This document shows, piece by piece, positions 19,334 to 29,450 of a stretch of DNA of 64,000 nt (position 1 is the stretch's first letter; each line of letters opens with the position of its first letter). Where the stretch lies: positions 23,223-87,222 of the forward strand of contig JAAVDM010000019.1 of NCBI GenBank assembly GCA_014801815.1, written 5' to 3'. The position numbers and the translations under genes are program-made. The stretch comes from Bacteroides sp. GTDB lineage: Bacteria > Bacteroidota > Bacteroidia > Bacteroidales > Muribaculaceae. Below the pieces are notes generated by a model, which was given only the letters and a program-made list of their open reading frames with translations, had not been told where the DNA came from and did not search any database.

Positions 19334-19384
19334 TAATGAAAAATGAGAGATATAAGATCATCTTATATCTCTCATTTTTCATTA
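19334..19384. terminator. Perfect palindrome (25-bp arms, 1-nt centre), probable bidirectional terminator
   Basis: TAATGAAAAATGAGAGATATAAGAT-C-ATCTTATATCTCTCATTTTTCATTA, between convergent units. Confidence 0.7.
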
Positions 19385-19385
19385 C

Positions 19386-19750
19386 TTAAATAAACATAAT
19401 GAACATTTCATGCCCACTTCTATCAAGTTCAGTCTTCATAATTCAATACCATTCCGTGTGACGTTAATTGAAAATGGGACAATTATGCTTTCCCATATCG
19501 TTTTCAATACAACCATCGGTGAAATCCTAACTCCTTCATCTATTTCCACATCGTAGAGATGACTGACTATTTCAGTTCTATGGTGTACAAAATCTACCCC
19601 TTGATATGTGTCAGAAAGCACAATCAAAAGATCTATGTCGGAATTATCATAAGCTGTTTCACGGGCTTACGCACCGTATGGAATGATTCCGACATCGGGA
19701 AGCAGAGAGCTTGAAGTACGGAGGGCGGTCGATGCGCGTCAGGGTTATCA
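19386..19750 (-). pseudogene. Decayed minimal nucleotidyltransferase (MNT) gene plus stub of a coupled downstream gene (probably HEPN)
   Basis: The frame of 19436-19627 extends upstream to IIPYGA*ARETAYDNSDIDLLIV (GS...SDIDLL MNT motif, in-frame TAA at 19669-19667) and ends PFSINVTRNGIEL. An ATGA-coupled 17-codon stub lies at 19439-19386. Upstream boundary approximate. Confidence 0.7.
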
Positions 19751-19921
19751 CTGACGGCTTCGGATTGTGGACCGGGGAGGAGAGGAATTGTGGAAATGTG
19801 TGGGTAAGGTGTTGTGTATGTCAGAGAAAAGTTGTAACTTCGCGGTCGATTTTGTGCAATCGCTGCCGTGACATGGAAGCGCGGTATGTTGCACGATAAC
19901 ATACAAACACTGATAACAGCA

Positions 19922-20293
19922 ATGGATTTAATCAAGATCGTGGAGGAAGCTTTTGCTACTCCTGAGAAAAAGTTTGATGATTTCGGCCCCGGTGATACTA
20001 TCACAGTAGCTTACCGTATCAAAGAGGGTAACAAGGAGCGTATTCAGCAGTATCGTGGCGTTGTGATCAAGATTTCGGGTCATGGCGATAAGAAGCGTTT
20101 CACTGTACGCAAAATTTCTGACGGTATCGGCGTGGAGCGTATTTTCCCCATCGAGTCACCGTTTATCGAGTCGATTACTGTCAATAAGTATGGTAAGGTA
20201 CGTCGTGCCAAACTTTACTATCTGCGTAATCTCACCGGCAAGAAAGCCCGTATCAAGGAGCGCCGCGTGAAGAAAGCCAACAAGGAGGCTTAA
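19922..20293 (+). CDS. rplS: 50S ribosomal protein L19
   Basis: [22 protein letters not shown]; GVERIFP; [12 protein letters not shown]. Start moved to ATG 19922. Confidence 0.98.
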   Translation: MDLIKIVEEAFATPEKKFDDFGPGDTITVAYRIKEGNKERIQQYRGVVIKISGHGDKKRFTVRKISDGIGVERIFPIESPFIESITVNKYGKVRRAKLYYLRNLTGKKARIKERRVKKANKEA

Positions 20294-20339
20294 ATCCGGT
20301 CAGCGGCCTTGGTGGCTGCATGACGAATAAGATTATAAA

Positions 20340-20382
20340 TAAGGTGTACTGTCCGAAGATCGGGCAGGCACCTTTTTTATTT
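20340..20382 (+). terminator. Rho-independent terminator after rplS
   Basis: AAGGTGTACTGTCCGA-AGA-TCGGGCAGGCACCTT followed by a T-run. Confidence 0.7.
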
Positions 20383-20544
20383 CCGGGTATATCGTATTCT
20401 CAAGAGCTTTTGACAACTATAGGTAACATAACTTCGGGTAGGTAGTTTTGGTTTACCGCCCTATATGACATTCTGTCTGTGACTCACGAAAAATAAGGGG
20501 GAGAACAGAGTGGGGGAGAAAGTGATTGTTTGTAAATTTGCGGT

Positions 20545-21537
20545 ATGAAAAATTCAACTGTGAGAAATTCAATTACCGAGGATAGCCGTGAGCAGTATGC
20601 ACTGGCTATAGACTTGGGTGGTACCAATACCGAGGTGGCTATTGTAAGTGACAGAGGTGAGACATTGGCCCGTACAAGAGTTCTGACACGAGGCTACAAG
20701 GATATAGATAGCTTTATAGAAGCAGTGGCACAGAGAGCCGGTGAACTTATAGAGGCTACGGGCACAGCGGGGCAGATCGTAGGTGCCGGAATCGGCGCTC
20801 CGTGTCTCAATGCTGCGACGGGCTGTATCGAAGCTGCCACCGACTTGCCGTGGCCCTCGCCCGTGCCGTTGCGCGAACTGCTTACTAAGGCATTGGGCAT
20901 GAGAGTTGAGGCTGTCAACGATGCCAATGCCGCCGCAGCCGGCGAAGCACGTTACGGCGCCGTGAAAGGCATGAAGAATTTCGTGATGCTTACCCTCGGC
21001 ACCGGCGTAGGCGGTGGAGTGATGTGTGACGGACATCTGCTTTCGGGTCGTAGCGGTTTTGCCGCCGAATTAGGTCATGTGATAGTGAACAACGGCGAGG
21101 GAAGAATGTGTGGTTGCGGACGCCGAGACTGTCTCCAGACGTATGGTTCGGCTTCGGGAGTGGTGACCACCGCCCGCAGGCTGCTTAAGGAGAGACCGGA
21201 GCAACCTTCAATGTTGCGTGAGATGGATATGGAAGCGCTGACAGCCGCTGACGTATCTGAAGCCGCCGATTGCGGCGATGCTTTGGCTCTCGAAGTATGG
21301 CGACGTACCGGTCTGCGACTTGGTGAGGCATGTGCATCGTTTGCCGCTTTCGCCGATCCCGAGGCCTTTGTGTTCTTCGGAGGTGTGGCAAGAGCCTTCC
21401 CGCATTTCGCCGAGGCTCTGCGTGAGAGTTTTAACCGCAATGCCCTGCATCTTTACAGCGGCCGTGTACAGATATTAGCGTCGACACTTGAAAGCGCCGA
21501 CGCAGCACTGCTCGGAGCCGCAGCACTAATCTTATAA
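20545..21537 (+). CDS. ROK-family sugar kinase (glucokinase-like)
   Basis: IDLGGT, NDANAAA, TLGTGVGGG, ELGH, CGCGRRDC. Confidence 0.92.
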   Translation: MKNSTVRNSITEDSREQYALAIDLGGTNTEVAIVSDRGETLARTRVLTRGYKDIDSFIEAVAQRAGELIEATGTAGQIVGAGIGAPCLNAATGCIEAATDLPWPSPVPLRELLTKALGMRVEAVNDANAAAAGEARYGAVKGMKNFVMLTLGTGVGGGVMCDGHLLSGRSGFAAELGHVIVNNGEGRMCGCGRRDCLQTYGSASGVVTTARRLLKERPEQPSMLREMDMEALTAADVSEAADCGDALALEVWRRTGLRLGEACASFAAFADPEAFVFFGGVARAFPHFAEALRESFNRNALHLYSGRVQILASTLESADAALLGAAALIL

Positions 21538-21547
21538 TCATTCCGAA

Positions 21548-22879
21548 ATGAAATTTCGCACACTCATAACATCTACACTTTTTATCGCGGCGTTCGGCGC
21601 TCAGGCAGATACGGCACAGCCGCAGCATACCGGTTACGTCAGGCATGAGGCTACGGAACAGAGTCAGAAAGACTTTGCCGCCGACAGATTCGGTATATTC
21701 CTGCATTGGGGCATATACAGCATGTTCGGACAAGGTGAATGGTATCTCAATTACGGCCCTCAGCAAGAGGAGTACTCCAAAGCGGCAGCCGGTTTTTATC
21801 CGGCCAACTTCAATGCCGGAGAGTGGGCCGACGCAATCAAGGACTCAGGAGCACGTTATATATGCTTTACGTCACGTCATCATGATGGTTTTTCGATGTT
21901 CGGTACCCGGCAGAGCGATTATAATATAGTTGATGCCACACCGTTCGGCCGTGATGTACTGCGCGAACTCGCCGACAGTGTGGCCGACCGAGGACTGGCG
22001 CTGCATCTGTATTACTCACATATAGACTGGGGGCGGCCCGATTATCCTCACGGACGCACGGGACGCGAAACCGGTGTTGACCTGACACAGCCCGACTGGC
22101 AGGGCTATTACGGTTTTATGAACCGTCAGCTGACCGAACTGCTCACCAACTACGGACCGATACGCTGTATATGGTTTGACGGTTGGTGGGATCATGACGA
22201 AGACTCTGCACCATTCGACTGGCAACTTGATGAACAATATGCCCTCATACACCGTCTGCAACCCTCCTGCCTTGTAGCCAATAATCATCATCAGGCACCA
22301 TTTGAGGGTGAGGACATACAGATATTCGAACGTGACCTTCCCGGTGAGAACACGGCCGGATATTCGGGACAGGCTATAAGCCGCTTACCTCTTGAGACCT
22401 GCAACACCATGAACGGTATGTGGGGTTATAAAGTGGTGGATACAAATTATAAGAGTGTGCCTGAACTGGTACGCTATATAGTACGTGCAGCCGGACTCGG
22501 TGCCAATCTGCTGCTGAATATCGGGCCTCAGCCTGACGGCAGTTTGCCGGCTACTGCTCTCGATCGTCTGCGCGGGGTAGGAGAGTGGATGCTTGCCAAT
22601 GGTGAAACCATATACGGGACAGAAGGAGCGCCATTCGAGGCACAGCAGTGGGGAACCGCCACAGTAAACGGAGACAAGATGTATGTGCATGTGCTCGACA
22701 CACAAGCAGCCGAGAACGGTAAGATAGTCCTGCCGTGGAGCGGACGTAAGGTGCGTGGTGCCGTAAACCGTACCGACGGGTCAAAAGTATCTGTGGCACA
22801 GAATAACAGCAATATTACTCTCACACTTCCTGCTTCGACTGATGACGTGGACCACATAATAGAACTAAGTCTGAAATGA
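21548..22879 (+). CDS. GH29 alpha-L-fucosidase
   Basis: FGIFLHWGIYS, TSRHHDGF, IWFDGWW, LLLNIGP; signal peptide. Confidence 0.93.
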   Translation: MKFRTLITSTLFIAAFGAQADTAQPQHTGYVRHEATEQSQKDFAADRFGIFLHWGIYSMFGQGEWYLNYGPQQEEYSKAAAGFYPANFNAGEWADAIKDSGARYICFTSRHHDGFSMFGTRQSDYNIVDATPFGRDVLRELADSVADRGLALHLYYSHIDWGRPDYPHGRTGRETGVDLTQPDWQGYYGFMNRQLTELLTNYGPIRCIWFDGWWDHDEDSAPFDWQLDEQYALIHRLQPSCLVANNHHQAPFEGEDIQIFERDLPGENTAGYSGQAISRLPLETCNTMNGMWGYKVVDTNYKSVPELVRYIVRAAGLGANLLLNIGPQPDGSLPATALDRLRGVGEWMLANGETIYGTEGAPFEAQQWGTATVNGDKMYVHVLDTQAAENGKIVLPWSGRKVRGAVNRTDGSKVSVAQNNSNITLTLPASTDDVDHIIELSLK

Positions 22880-23601
22880 TTGAGATAGAGATATGTTGTA
22901 CTGATGTGGCGAGTGTCGCGGCGGCTGCAAGTGCCGGAGTTGACCGTGTGGAGCTCTGTGCGGATATAGCCGCCGGGGGTGTGACACCTTCGGCAGGACT
23001 GATTCAGTTTGCTGTACGCAGGGGTATTCCGAGCGTCAATGTATTGATACGTCCACGCGGCGGGAATTTTGTATATAGCAGTGAAGAGGTTGAGGTCATG
23101 GTGGCAGACATAACCGAAGCGCGCCGCCTTGGAGCCACCGGTGTGGTGATAGGCGCCTTGACGTCTGAAAAAAAAATCGATCTTGTTGTCATGCGGCGTC
23201 TGTGTGAGGCCGCTGAGGGACTCGAACGTATTGTAAGCCGTGCCATAGATCTTACTCCTGACCCTTTAAAGGCACTTGAAGAGGTGGCGGCTCTCGGCTG
23301 TCATCGGGTGCTGACCTCCGGAGGAGCCGTGTCGGTAGACACTGGCGCTGAAATGTTGCGCCGTATGACAGTCCGTGCAGCCGGCAGCGGTGTCGTGATA
23401 ATGGCGGGTGGCGGTGTGCGTCCACACAATATACCGCTTCTCAGAGAGCATGGTGTGAGAGCTTTCCACACTACAGCACATGTCTCCTGGAGCCATCTAA
23501 CTGAGAAGGTTGCCGGCTTCGGCTGCTATCCGGGTTCTTACAGTGACCCGGCGACTATAGCCGAAATAGTAGCATTGCGCGACACATTTAACAATATCTG
23601 A
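22876..23601 (+). CDS. cutC: CutC-family protein
   Basis: IEICC, DRVELC, GGVTPS, LIRPRGGNFVYS, RVLTSGG, IMAGGGV. Confidence 0.9.
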   Translation: MIEIEICCTDVASVAAAASAGVDRVELCADIAAGGVTPSAGLIQFAVRRGIPSVNVLIRPRGGNFVYSSEEVEVMVADITEARRLGATGVVIGALTSEKKIDLVVMRRLCEAAEGLERIVSRAIDLTPDPLKALEEVAALGCHRVLTSGGAVSVDTGAEMLRRMTVRAAGSGVVIMAGGGVRPHNIPLLREHGVRAFHTTAHVSWSHLTEKVAGFGCYPGSYSDPATIAEIVALRDTFNNI

Positions 23602-23610
23602 ACTTATATT

Positions 23611-26175
23611 ATGAATTACCGACATACCATAGTTCTGTCTTTAGCCGTGTCCGCACTTGTGCCTGCACAGGCACGGCGTCTCAGCGACACACCTGTGAGC
23701 CGCGAACGTCTTGAAGAACGTCTGCATACTCTCAATGCTCCCGAGGTAACTGCCATAATGCGTGCCGACACTCTTGACGGTGACCGCCGCGAGGCACTGA
23801 CATGGCTCTATGCCTACATGCCTCTGGCGGATATAGCCGACTATACTCCAGAATATTACCTGCGTAATATAGACGCTACGCTACGTGCCCTCGATGAGAT
23901 GCCTTGGGGTGCGAGTGTGCCGGAACGCGAACTGAGGCATTTCGTACTCCCAATACGTGTCAACAACGAAGCCCTTGATGACTCACGCACGGTGTTCTAC
24001 AACGAATTGCGTGACCGTGTGCGCGGTCTGAGTATGGAGGACGCCATACTCGAAGTTAACCACTGGTGTCATGAGAAAGCCACCTATCAGCCGAGTGACG
24101 GACGCACATCATCGCCACTCAGCACCGTCAGTCAGGCTATAGGCCGTTGCGGTGAGGAGTCGACGTTTACTGTCGCTGCTCTGCGTGCTGTCGGTATACC
24201 CGCACGTCAGGTCTACACACCGCGCTGGGCTCACACCGACGACAATCACGCATGGGTTGAGGCATGGGCTAACGGCCGCTGGCACTTCATAGGCGCCTGC
24301 GAACCCGAACCGATACTTGATCTCGCATGGTTCAATGCTCCGGCTTCGCGTGGCATGATGATGAGTACGACCGTGCCCGGGCAATACGACGGGCCGGAAG
24401 AGGTACTTAGTTCGACACCGTACACTACCACAATCAACGTAACCGACAATTACGCTCCTACGGGAGAGACGAAGGTGCGTGTCACTGATGCTTCGGGCAA
24501 TGCTGTAGAGGGCGTAGATGTCGATTTCTGTCTGTATAATTACGCAAGTCTTTTCACTTTGGCCACACGCCGCACTGATACTCGTGGGGAAGCATCGCTG
24601 CTGACCGGTCTTGGTGATGTAATAGTCTGGGTATCTGACGGCGACCGTTACGCTTTTGCACCTGCCGGTCCGGAACACGGCACAGTCACATTGTGTCTTG
24701 ATGTGCCGGTAGACTCTCTCTACAGGCGAGATCTGACAGTCACACCACCACCTCCTTCAGCTACGCTGCCGGCGCCTACCGAAGCTCAGCGCGAGGCTAA
24801 CAACCGTCGGCTTGTATATGAGGATTCGGTGCGTGGAGCATATACGGCCACATTCACCGACCCCGTGATGCGCGGCAACAGCCGCACTTTGCAGGCGTGG
24901 CTCGACCGGCAGCCGACAGCTGACCGCGACAAAGCAAAGGCGCTGTTGGCGGCAATCAATGAGAAGGATTTGCGTGATGTCAGTACCGAAGTGCTCGATG
25001 ACGTGATGGCCAATACAGAAGGAGGTGACTGGAGTGATACTTTCATGCGCGACTATGTACTCTCGCCGCGTGTCATGCTTGAGCATCTGCGTCCGTGGCG
25101 CGGTTATCTGAAGGATATACTGGGTCCGGAAGGTATTGCAGCTTTACAGCGTAATCCCGCTTCGGTAGTTACCCTTATAGCAGACAGTATACGTGCCGAC
25201 GACGGAGTAGGTTCGCGTGGTGCCATAGCCTCGCCTGCCGGTTCGTGGCGCACGGGACGTTCTGACGACCGTTCACGTCAGGTTCTGGCCGTAGCCCTGC
25301 TGCGCAGTGCCGGAGTGCCGGCGCGTGTCGATGCCGTAACCGGCAAGACACAATGGGCTGATGCCGGACGACAGTGGCATGACTTGTGGGCCGATGGAGA
25401 GGCAGCCGGTGACTCATCACGTCCGGAACTGCGGTTCGCCTACGATGACAACGGCGTCATACACCACCCGAAATATTTCAGCCATTTCACACTTTCGCGT
25501 ATGGAGCAGGGCAGACCTGTGGTACTCGAATTTGATGATTTCATGACTCTCGATGACCTTAATGCAGCCGCACAGCATACCGACGCCGGCACATATATGC
25601 TTATGTCGGGTCAGCGTCTTGCCGACGGCAGTGTGTTGGGGCGCGCCGAGTTTGTGCGTCTTGAAGGTGACCAACCGCTTGTGACTGTCACGCTTCCTGT
25701 CAGCAATGAACAGATTTCCGTCACAGGTACTTTCGACAGCGAAACCCGCTATGCCGATATAGCCTCGGATATGGAGAAGAGCATACTGTCGACTACGGGA
25801 CGCGGCTATTATGTATTGGGGCTTATAGGGCCGGGGCAGGAACCGACTCTGCATGTACTTAACGAAATGGCCGAGCTGGCCGGCGAATTTGAAGCTGACG
25901 GCCGCAGTATAGTATTGCTTGCTCCTGACGCCCCGGCACTTCAGCGACTCGATAAGACTCTGAGTTCAAAACTCCCTTCAACGGTGACTTTCGGCATTGA
26001 CAACAGCGGTGCCGTAGCACGTCAGCTGACCGAAGAGCTTGGTCTCGACGCCTCGCAACTGCCGTTGCTGATAGTGGCCGATACTTTCAACCGTGTGGTC
26101 TACACGTCTCAGGGTTACACTATCGGTACCGGCGAGCGTCTTCTCGACCTGCTGCGACGTCTGGGCAACATGTAG
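23611..26175 (+). CDS. Secreted transglutaminase-like domain protein
   Basis: GRCGEES (catalytic Cys), NHAWVEAW, second degenerate ALLRSAGVPAR repeat; signal peptide. Confidence 0.85.
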   Translation: MNYRHTIVLSLAVSALVPAQARRLSDTPVSRERLEERLHTLNAPEVTAIMRADTLDGDRREALTWLYAYMPLADIADYTPEYYLRNIDATLRALDEMPWGASVPERELRHFVLPIRVNNEALDDSRTVFYNELRDRVRGLSMEDAILEVNHWCHEKATYQPSDGRTSSPLSTVSQAIGRCGEESTFTVAALRAVGIPARQVYTPRWAHTDDNHAWVEAWANGRWHFIGACEPEPILDLAWFNAPASRGMMMSTTVPGQYDGPEEVLSSTPYTTTINVTDNYAPTGETKVRVTDASGNAVEGVDVDFCLYNYASLFTLATRRTDTRGEASLLTGLGDVIVWVSDGDRYAFAPAGPEHGTVTLCLDVPVDSLYRRDLTVTPPPPSATLPAPTEAQREANNRRLVYEDSVRGAYTATFTDPVMRGNSRTLQAWLDRQPTADRDKAKALLAAINEKDLRDVSTEVLDDVMANTEGGDWSDTFMRDYVLSPRVMLEHLRPWRGYLKDILGPEGIAALQRNPASVVTLIADSIRADDGVGSRGAIASPAGSWRTGRSDDRSRQVLAVALLRSAGVPARVDAVTGKTQWADAGRQWHDLWADGEAAGDSSRPELRFAYDDNGVIHHPKYFSHFTLSRMEQGRPVVLEFDDFMTLDDLNAAAQHTDAGTYMLMSGQRLADGSVLGRAEFVRLEGDQPLVTVTLPVSNEQISVTGTFDSETRYADIASDMEKSILSTTGRGYYVLGLIGPGQEPTLHVLNEMAELAGEFEADGRSIVLLAPDAPALQRLDKTLSSKLPSTVTFGIDNSGAVARQLTEELGLDASQLPLLIVADTFNRVVYTSQGYTIGTGERLLDLLRRLGNM

Positions 26176-26331
26176 GAAAATCATTGAAAACAGCAACTTC
26201 CGGCTGTATATTCAAGAAAAAATGACTATATTTGCATTTGCTGCCGACACGAACGGCGGCACAGACGTTATAAAAGAAGAAACCGGGCGCGGGACTGCGG
26301 TCCCATCGCCGCTAAAACTATATAGAAAAAC

Positions 26332-27843
26332 ATGGCAAGCAAAGCACTATTAATCATCCTCGACGGCTACGGCCTGGGTGACCATAAGAAAGACGACGCA
26401 ATCTTCAATACACCTACCCCCTATATGGATAAACTGGTGGCAGAATACCCTAACTCGCAGCTTCAAGCCAGCGGTGAGGACGTAGGTCTGCCTGACGGTC
26501 AGATGGGTAACTCGGAGGTAGGTCATCTCAATATCGGCGCAGGCCGTGTGGTATATCAGGATCTTGTAAAGATAAACCGTGCGATAGCTGACGGCAGCTG
26601 GAATGAAAATTCTGAAATCAAGGAGGCTTTCAGCTATGCCCGTGAACACAATGTGCCTATTCATTTCATGGGTCTCTGCTCGGGTGGTGGTGTACATTCA
26701 TCACTTGATCATCTATATGCTCTGTGCGACACCGCCAAGGCTTATGACCTTGACAAAGTGTTCATTCACTGCTTTATGGATGGTCGTGACACCGACCCTC
26801 GCAGCGGTACAACATGGCTTCGTGACATCGAGGAACACTGCAAGAAAAGCGCCGGAGTCATAGCCGGTGCTATAGGACGTTATTACGCTATGGACCGTGA
26901 CAAACGTTGGGAGCGCCTTAAAGTGGCTTACGACCAGCTTGTGTACGGTGAAGGAGAAAAGACCGATGACATAATAGCCGCTGTCGAAAAATCGTATGAA
27001 GAGGGCGTAACCGATGAGTTCCTCAAGCCTATCGTCAACGAGAAGGTAGACGGTCGTATAGGTGCCGGACACGTAGTGATATTCTTCAACTACCGTAATG
27101 ACCGTGCCAAAGAGCTGACCACCGTACTCACCCAACATGCCGAAGACGGTATGGAACCTATAAAGGATCTGCAGTATTATTGCATGACTCCGTATGATGA
27201 CTCATTTACAGGCGTACACATCATCTTCCCGAAAGCTGACGTGGCCGATACTCTGGCCGAGTATCTTTCTGTCAACGGTAAGAAGCAGCTGCATATAGCC
27301 GAGACTGAGAAGTATGCTCACGTGACATTCTTCTTCAACGGTGGTCGCGAGAAACCTTTTGAGGGTGAAGAACGCATACTTGTGGCATCGCCCAAGGTAG
27401 CCACCTACGACTTGCAGCCTGAAATGTCAGCTCCAGAGGTGACTGAGAAGCTGGTGGCAGCTATCGACTCGGAGAAGTACGATTTTGTCGTTGTCAACTT
27501 TGCCAATGGTGACATGGTAGGTCACACCGGTGTCTATGAGGCTATTCAGAAAGCTGTGGCCACACTTGATACATGTGTGGAGAAAGTGGTTGAGGCAGCC
27601 AAAGCTCACGGCTACGAGACTATAATCATAGCCGACCACGGCAATGCCGATCATGCTATCAACGAAGATGGTACGCCTAATACAGCCCATTCGCTTAATC
27701 CGGTACCTTTCATCTATGTTACTCCTAACAAAGAGGCTAAGGTGACGAACGGACGTCTGGCCGATGTGGCTCCTTCGTTGCTGCACATACTCGGTATGCC
27801 GCAGCCTAAGGATATGACTGGCGAAAATCTTATAAAGGATTGA
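26332..27843 (+). CDS. gpmI: 2,3-bisphosphoglycerate-independent phosphoglycerate mutase
   Basis: [48 protein letters not shown]; TATATTTG promoter element at 26227-26234. Confidence 0.97.
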   Translation: MASKALLIILDGYGLGDHKKDDAIFNTPTPYMDKLVAEYPNSQLQASGEDVGLPDGQMGNSEVGHLNIGAGRVVYQDLVKINRAIADGSWNENSEIKEAFSYAREHNVPIHFMGLCSGGGVHSSLDHLYALCDTAKAYDLDKVFIHCFMDGRDTDPRSGTTWLRDIEEHCKKSAGVIAGAIGRYYAMDRDKRWERLKVAYDQLVYGEGEKTDDIIAAVEKSYEEGVTDEFLKPIVNEKVDGRIGAGHVVIFFNYRNDRAKELTTVLTQHAEDGMEPIKDLQYYCMTPYDDSFTGVHIIFPKADVADTLAEYLSVNGKKQLHIAETEKYAHVTFFFNGGREKPFEGEERILVASPKVATYDLQPEMSAPEVTEKLVAAIDSEKYDFVVVNFANGDMVGHTGVYEAIQKAVATLDTCVEKVVEAAKAHGYETIIIADHGNADHAINEDGTPNTAHSLNPVPFIYVTPNKEAKVTNGRLADVAPSLLHILGMPQPKDMTGENLIKD

Positions 27844-27866
27844 ACTGCCGGAATCGCAGTGCGATT

Positions 27867-29450
27867 ATGAAAAAGACTCTTATAAGCCTGCTGGGTATCG
27901 CTGCTTTGACGGCGACGCCCTCTATGGCAGAGCGTCTGGTGATACTCCACACCAACGACACACATTCCAATATAGAGAGCGACGTCAACGGTGTGGGAGG
28001 TGTGCTGCAGCGTAAGGCTGTCATTGACTCTGTGCGTGCCGCCGAGAAGAACGTCATACTCATCGATGCCGGTGATATGGTGCAGGGTACACTTTACTTC
28101 AAGTTCTGGCGCGGTGAGGTGGAGTATCCGTTGTTTAACATGATGGACTATGATATACGTATTCTTGGTAATCATGAGTTTGACAACGGTCTCGACGAAC
28201 TGGCACGCCACTATGCCGGCATTAAAAAAGCTGACCGTCTTTCGGCCAATTATGATTTCAGCGGTACGCCGCTTGCAGGTATGTTCAAGCCTTACGTCAT
28301 AAAGAAAGTGAACGGTAAGAAAATCGGCTTTATCGGTCTTAATGTCGACCCGGCGAGTCTGATAGCCGATTATAACACGGGTGCCATGCGTTTCAGTGAT
28401 GTCATTGAGACGGCAAACCGTCTTGCCGCCGAACTGAAACACAAGAAGAAGTGTGACCTTGTTGTGGCCGTGACCCATATAGGTTATGACGACCAGTATA
28501 TGAAGGCTTCGGATACGGATCTTGCCCGTGCCAGCCGTGACATAGACATAATAATAGGCGGCCATTCGCATACAGTGGTCGACCCGGCTAAACCCGAGGA
28601 AAATCCTTCGCTTGTGCCAAACGCCGATGGACGTCCGGTGCTTATAGCTCAGACAGGTCGTTATGGCCGTTATGTAGGTTATATCTCCATTGACCTTGAC
28701 CATCTGAAAGGTGCTGACGGCAGTGATTTCGACTACCGGCTCATACCCGTCACTGACCGTTTTGATCCGTCGGTATTTGACAAGCGTATAAGCGCATTTC
28801 TTGAGCCTTATAAACACCGTGTGGATTCGGTCAACCGCCGTGTGATAGCCTACAGCGGTATGGATATGACACCGCTTCCAAACAGTGCCTACGCTAATTT
28901 TGCCGGCGATTTCGGTCTGTGGTACGGACGTCATGTCGTTGACAGCATCAATGCTGCCGGCGGCAATATGCCTAAGGTGGATTTTGCTGTGATGAATGTC
29001 GGCGGTATTCGTCAGGATATGCCCGGTGGCCCTGTTACCGAAGGACAGATACTTTCGACATTCCCGTTCTCCAATCGCGTTGTGATAATGGAGGAAACCG
29101 GCGCCGATATAATTTCAGCTCTTCAGGCTCCGGCACCCAAAGGCGGTGAGGCTGTGAGCACCAATGTGTATGTGGTGCTTGACTCTGACTCAAAGATAAA
29201 GCGTATGTATATCGATGGCAAGGAAGTTGAGCCGGACAAGACTTACGTCATGGCTTCGATTGACTATGTGGCTGCCGGTAACGATAATATGACGGCTTTT
29301 GCCAACGGTCGTGAACTCTGGCGCGACGACAAAGAGATGTCGGCGGCCATGATGCGTTATATAGTGGATTTCGGTCAGCGCGGTATACCCATTACCGCCA
29401 ACCCTAACGGCAGATTCGTCTATGAGATGCCTCTGCCTCAGGAGCAATGA
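27867..29450 (+). CDS. Bifunctional metallophosphatase / 5'-nucleotidase
   Basis: ILHTNDTH, DAGD, GNHEFD, THIG, IGGHSH, NVGGIR, PFSN. Start moved to ATG 27867. Confidence 0.9.
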   Translation: MKKTLISLLGIAALTATPSMAERLVILHTNDTHSNIESDVNGVGGVLQRKAVIDSVRAAEKNVILIDAGDMVQGTLYFKFWRGEVEYPLFNMMDYDIRILGNHEFDNGLDELARHYAGIKKADRLSANYDFSGTPLAGMFKPYVIKKVNGKKIGFIGLNVDPASLIADYNTGAMRFSDVIETANRLAAELKHKKKCDLVVAVTHIGYDDQYMKASDTDLARASRDIDIIIGGHSHTVVDPAKPEENPSLVPNADGRPVLIAQTGRYGRYVGYISIDLDHLKGADGSDFDYRLIPVTDRFDPSVFDKRISAFLEPYKHRVDSVNRRVIAYSGMDMTPLPNSAYANFAGDFGLWYGRHVVDSINAAGGNMPKVDFAVMNVGGIRQDMPGGPVTEGQILSTFPFSNRVVIMEETGADIISALQAPAPKGGEAVSTNVYVVLDSDSKIKRMYIDGKEVEPDKTYVMASIDYVAAGNDNMTAFANGRELWRDDKEMSAAMMRYIVDFGQRGIPITANPNGRFVYEMPLPQEQ

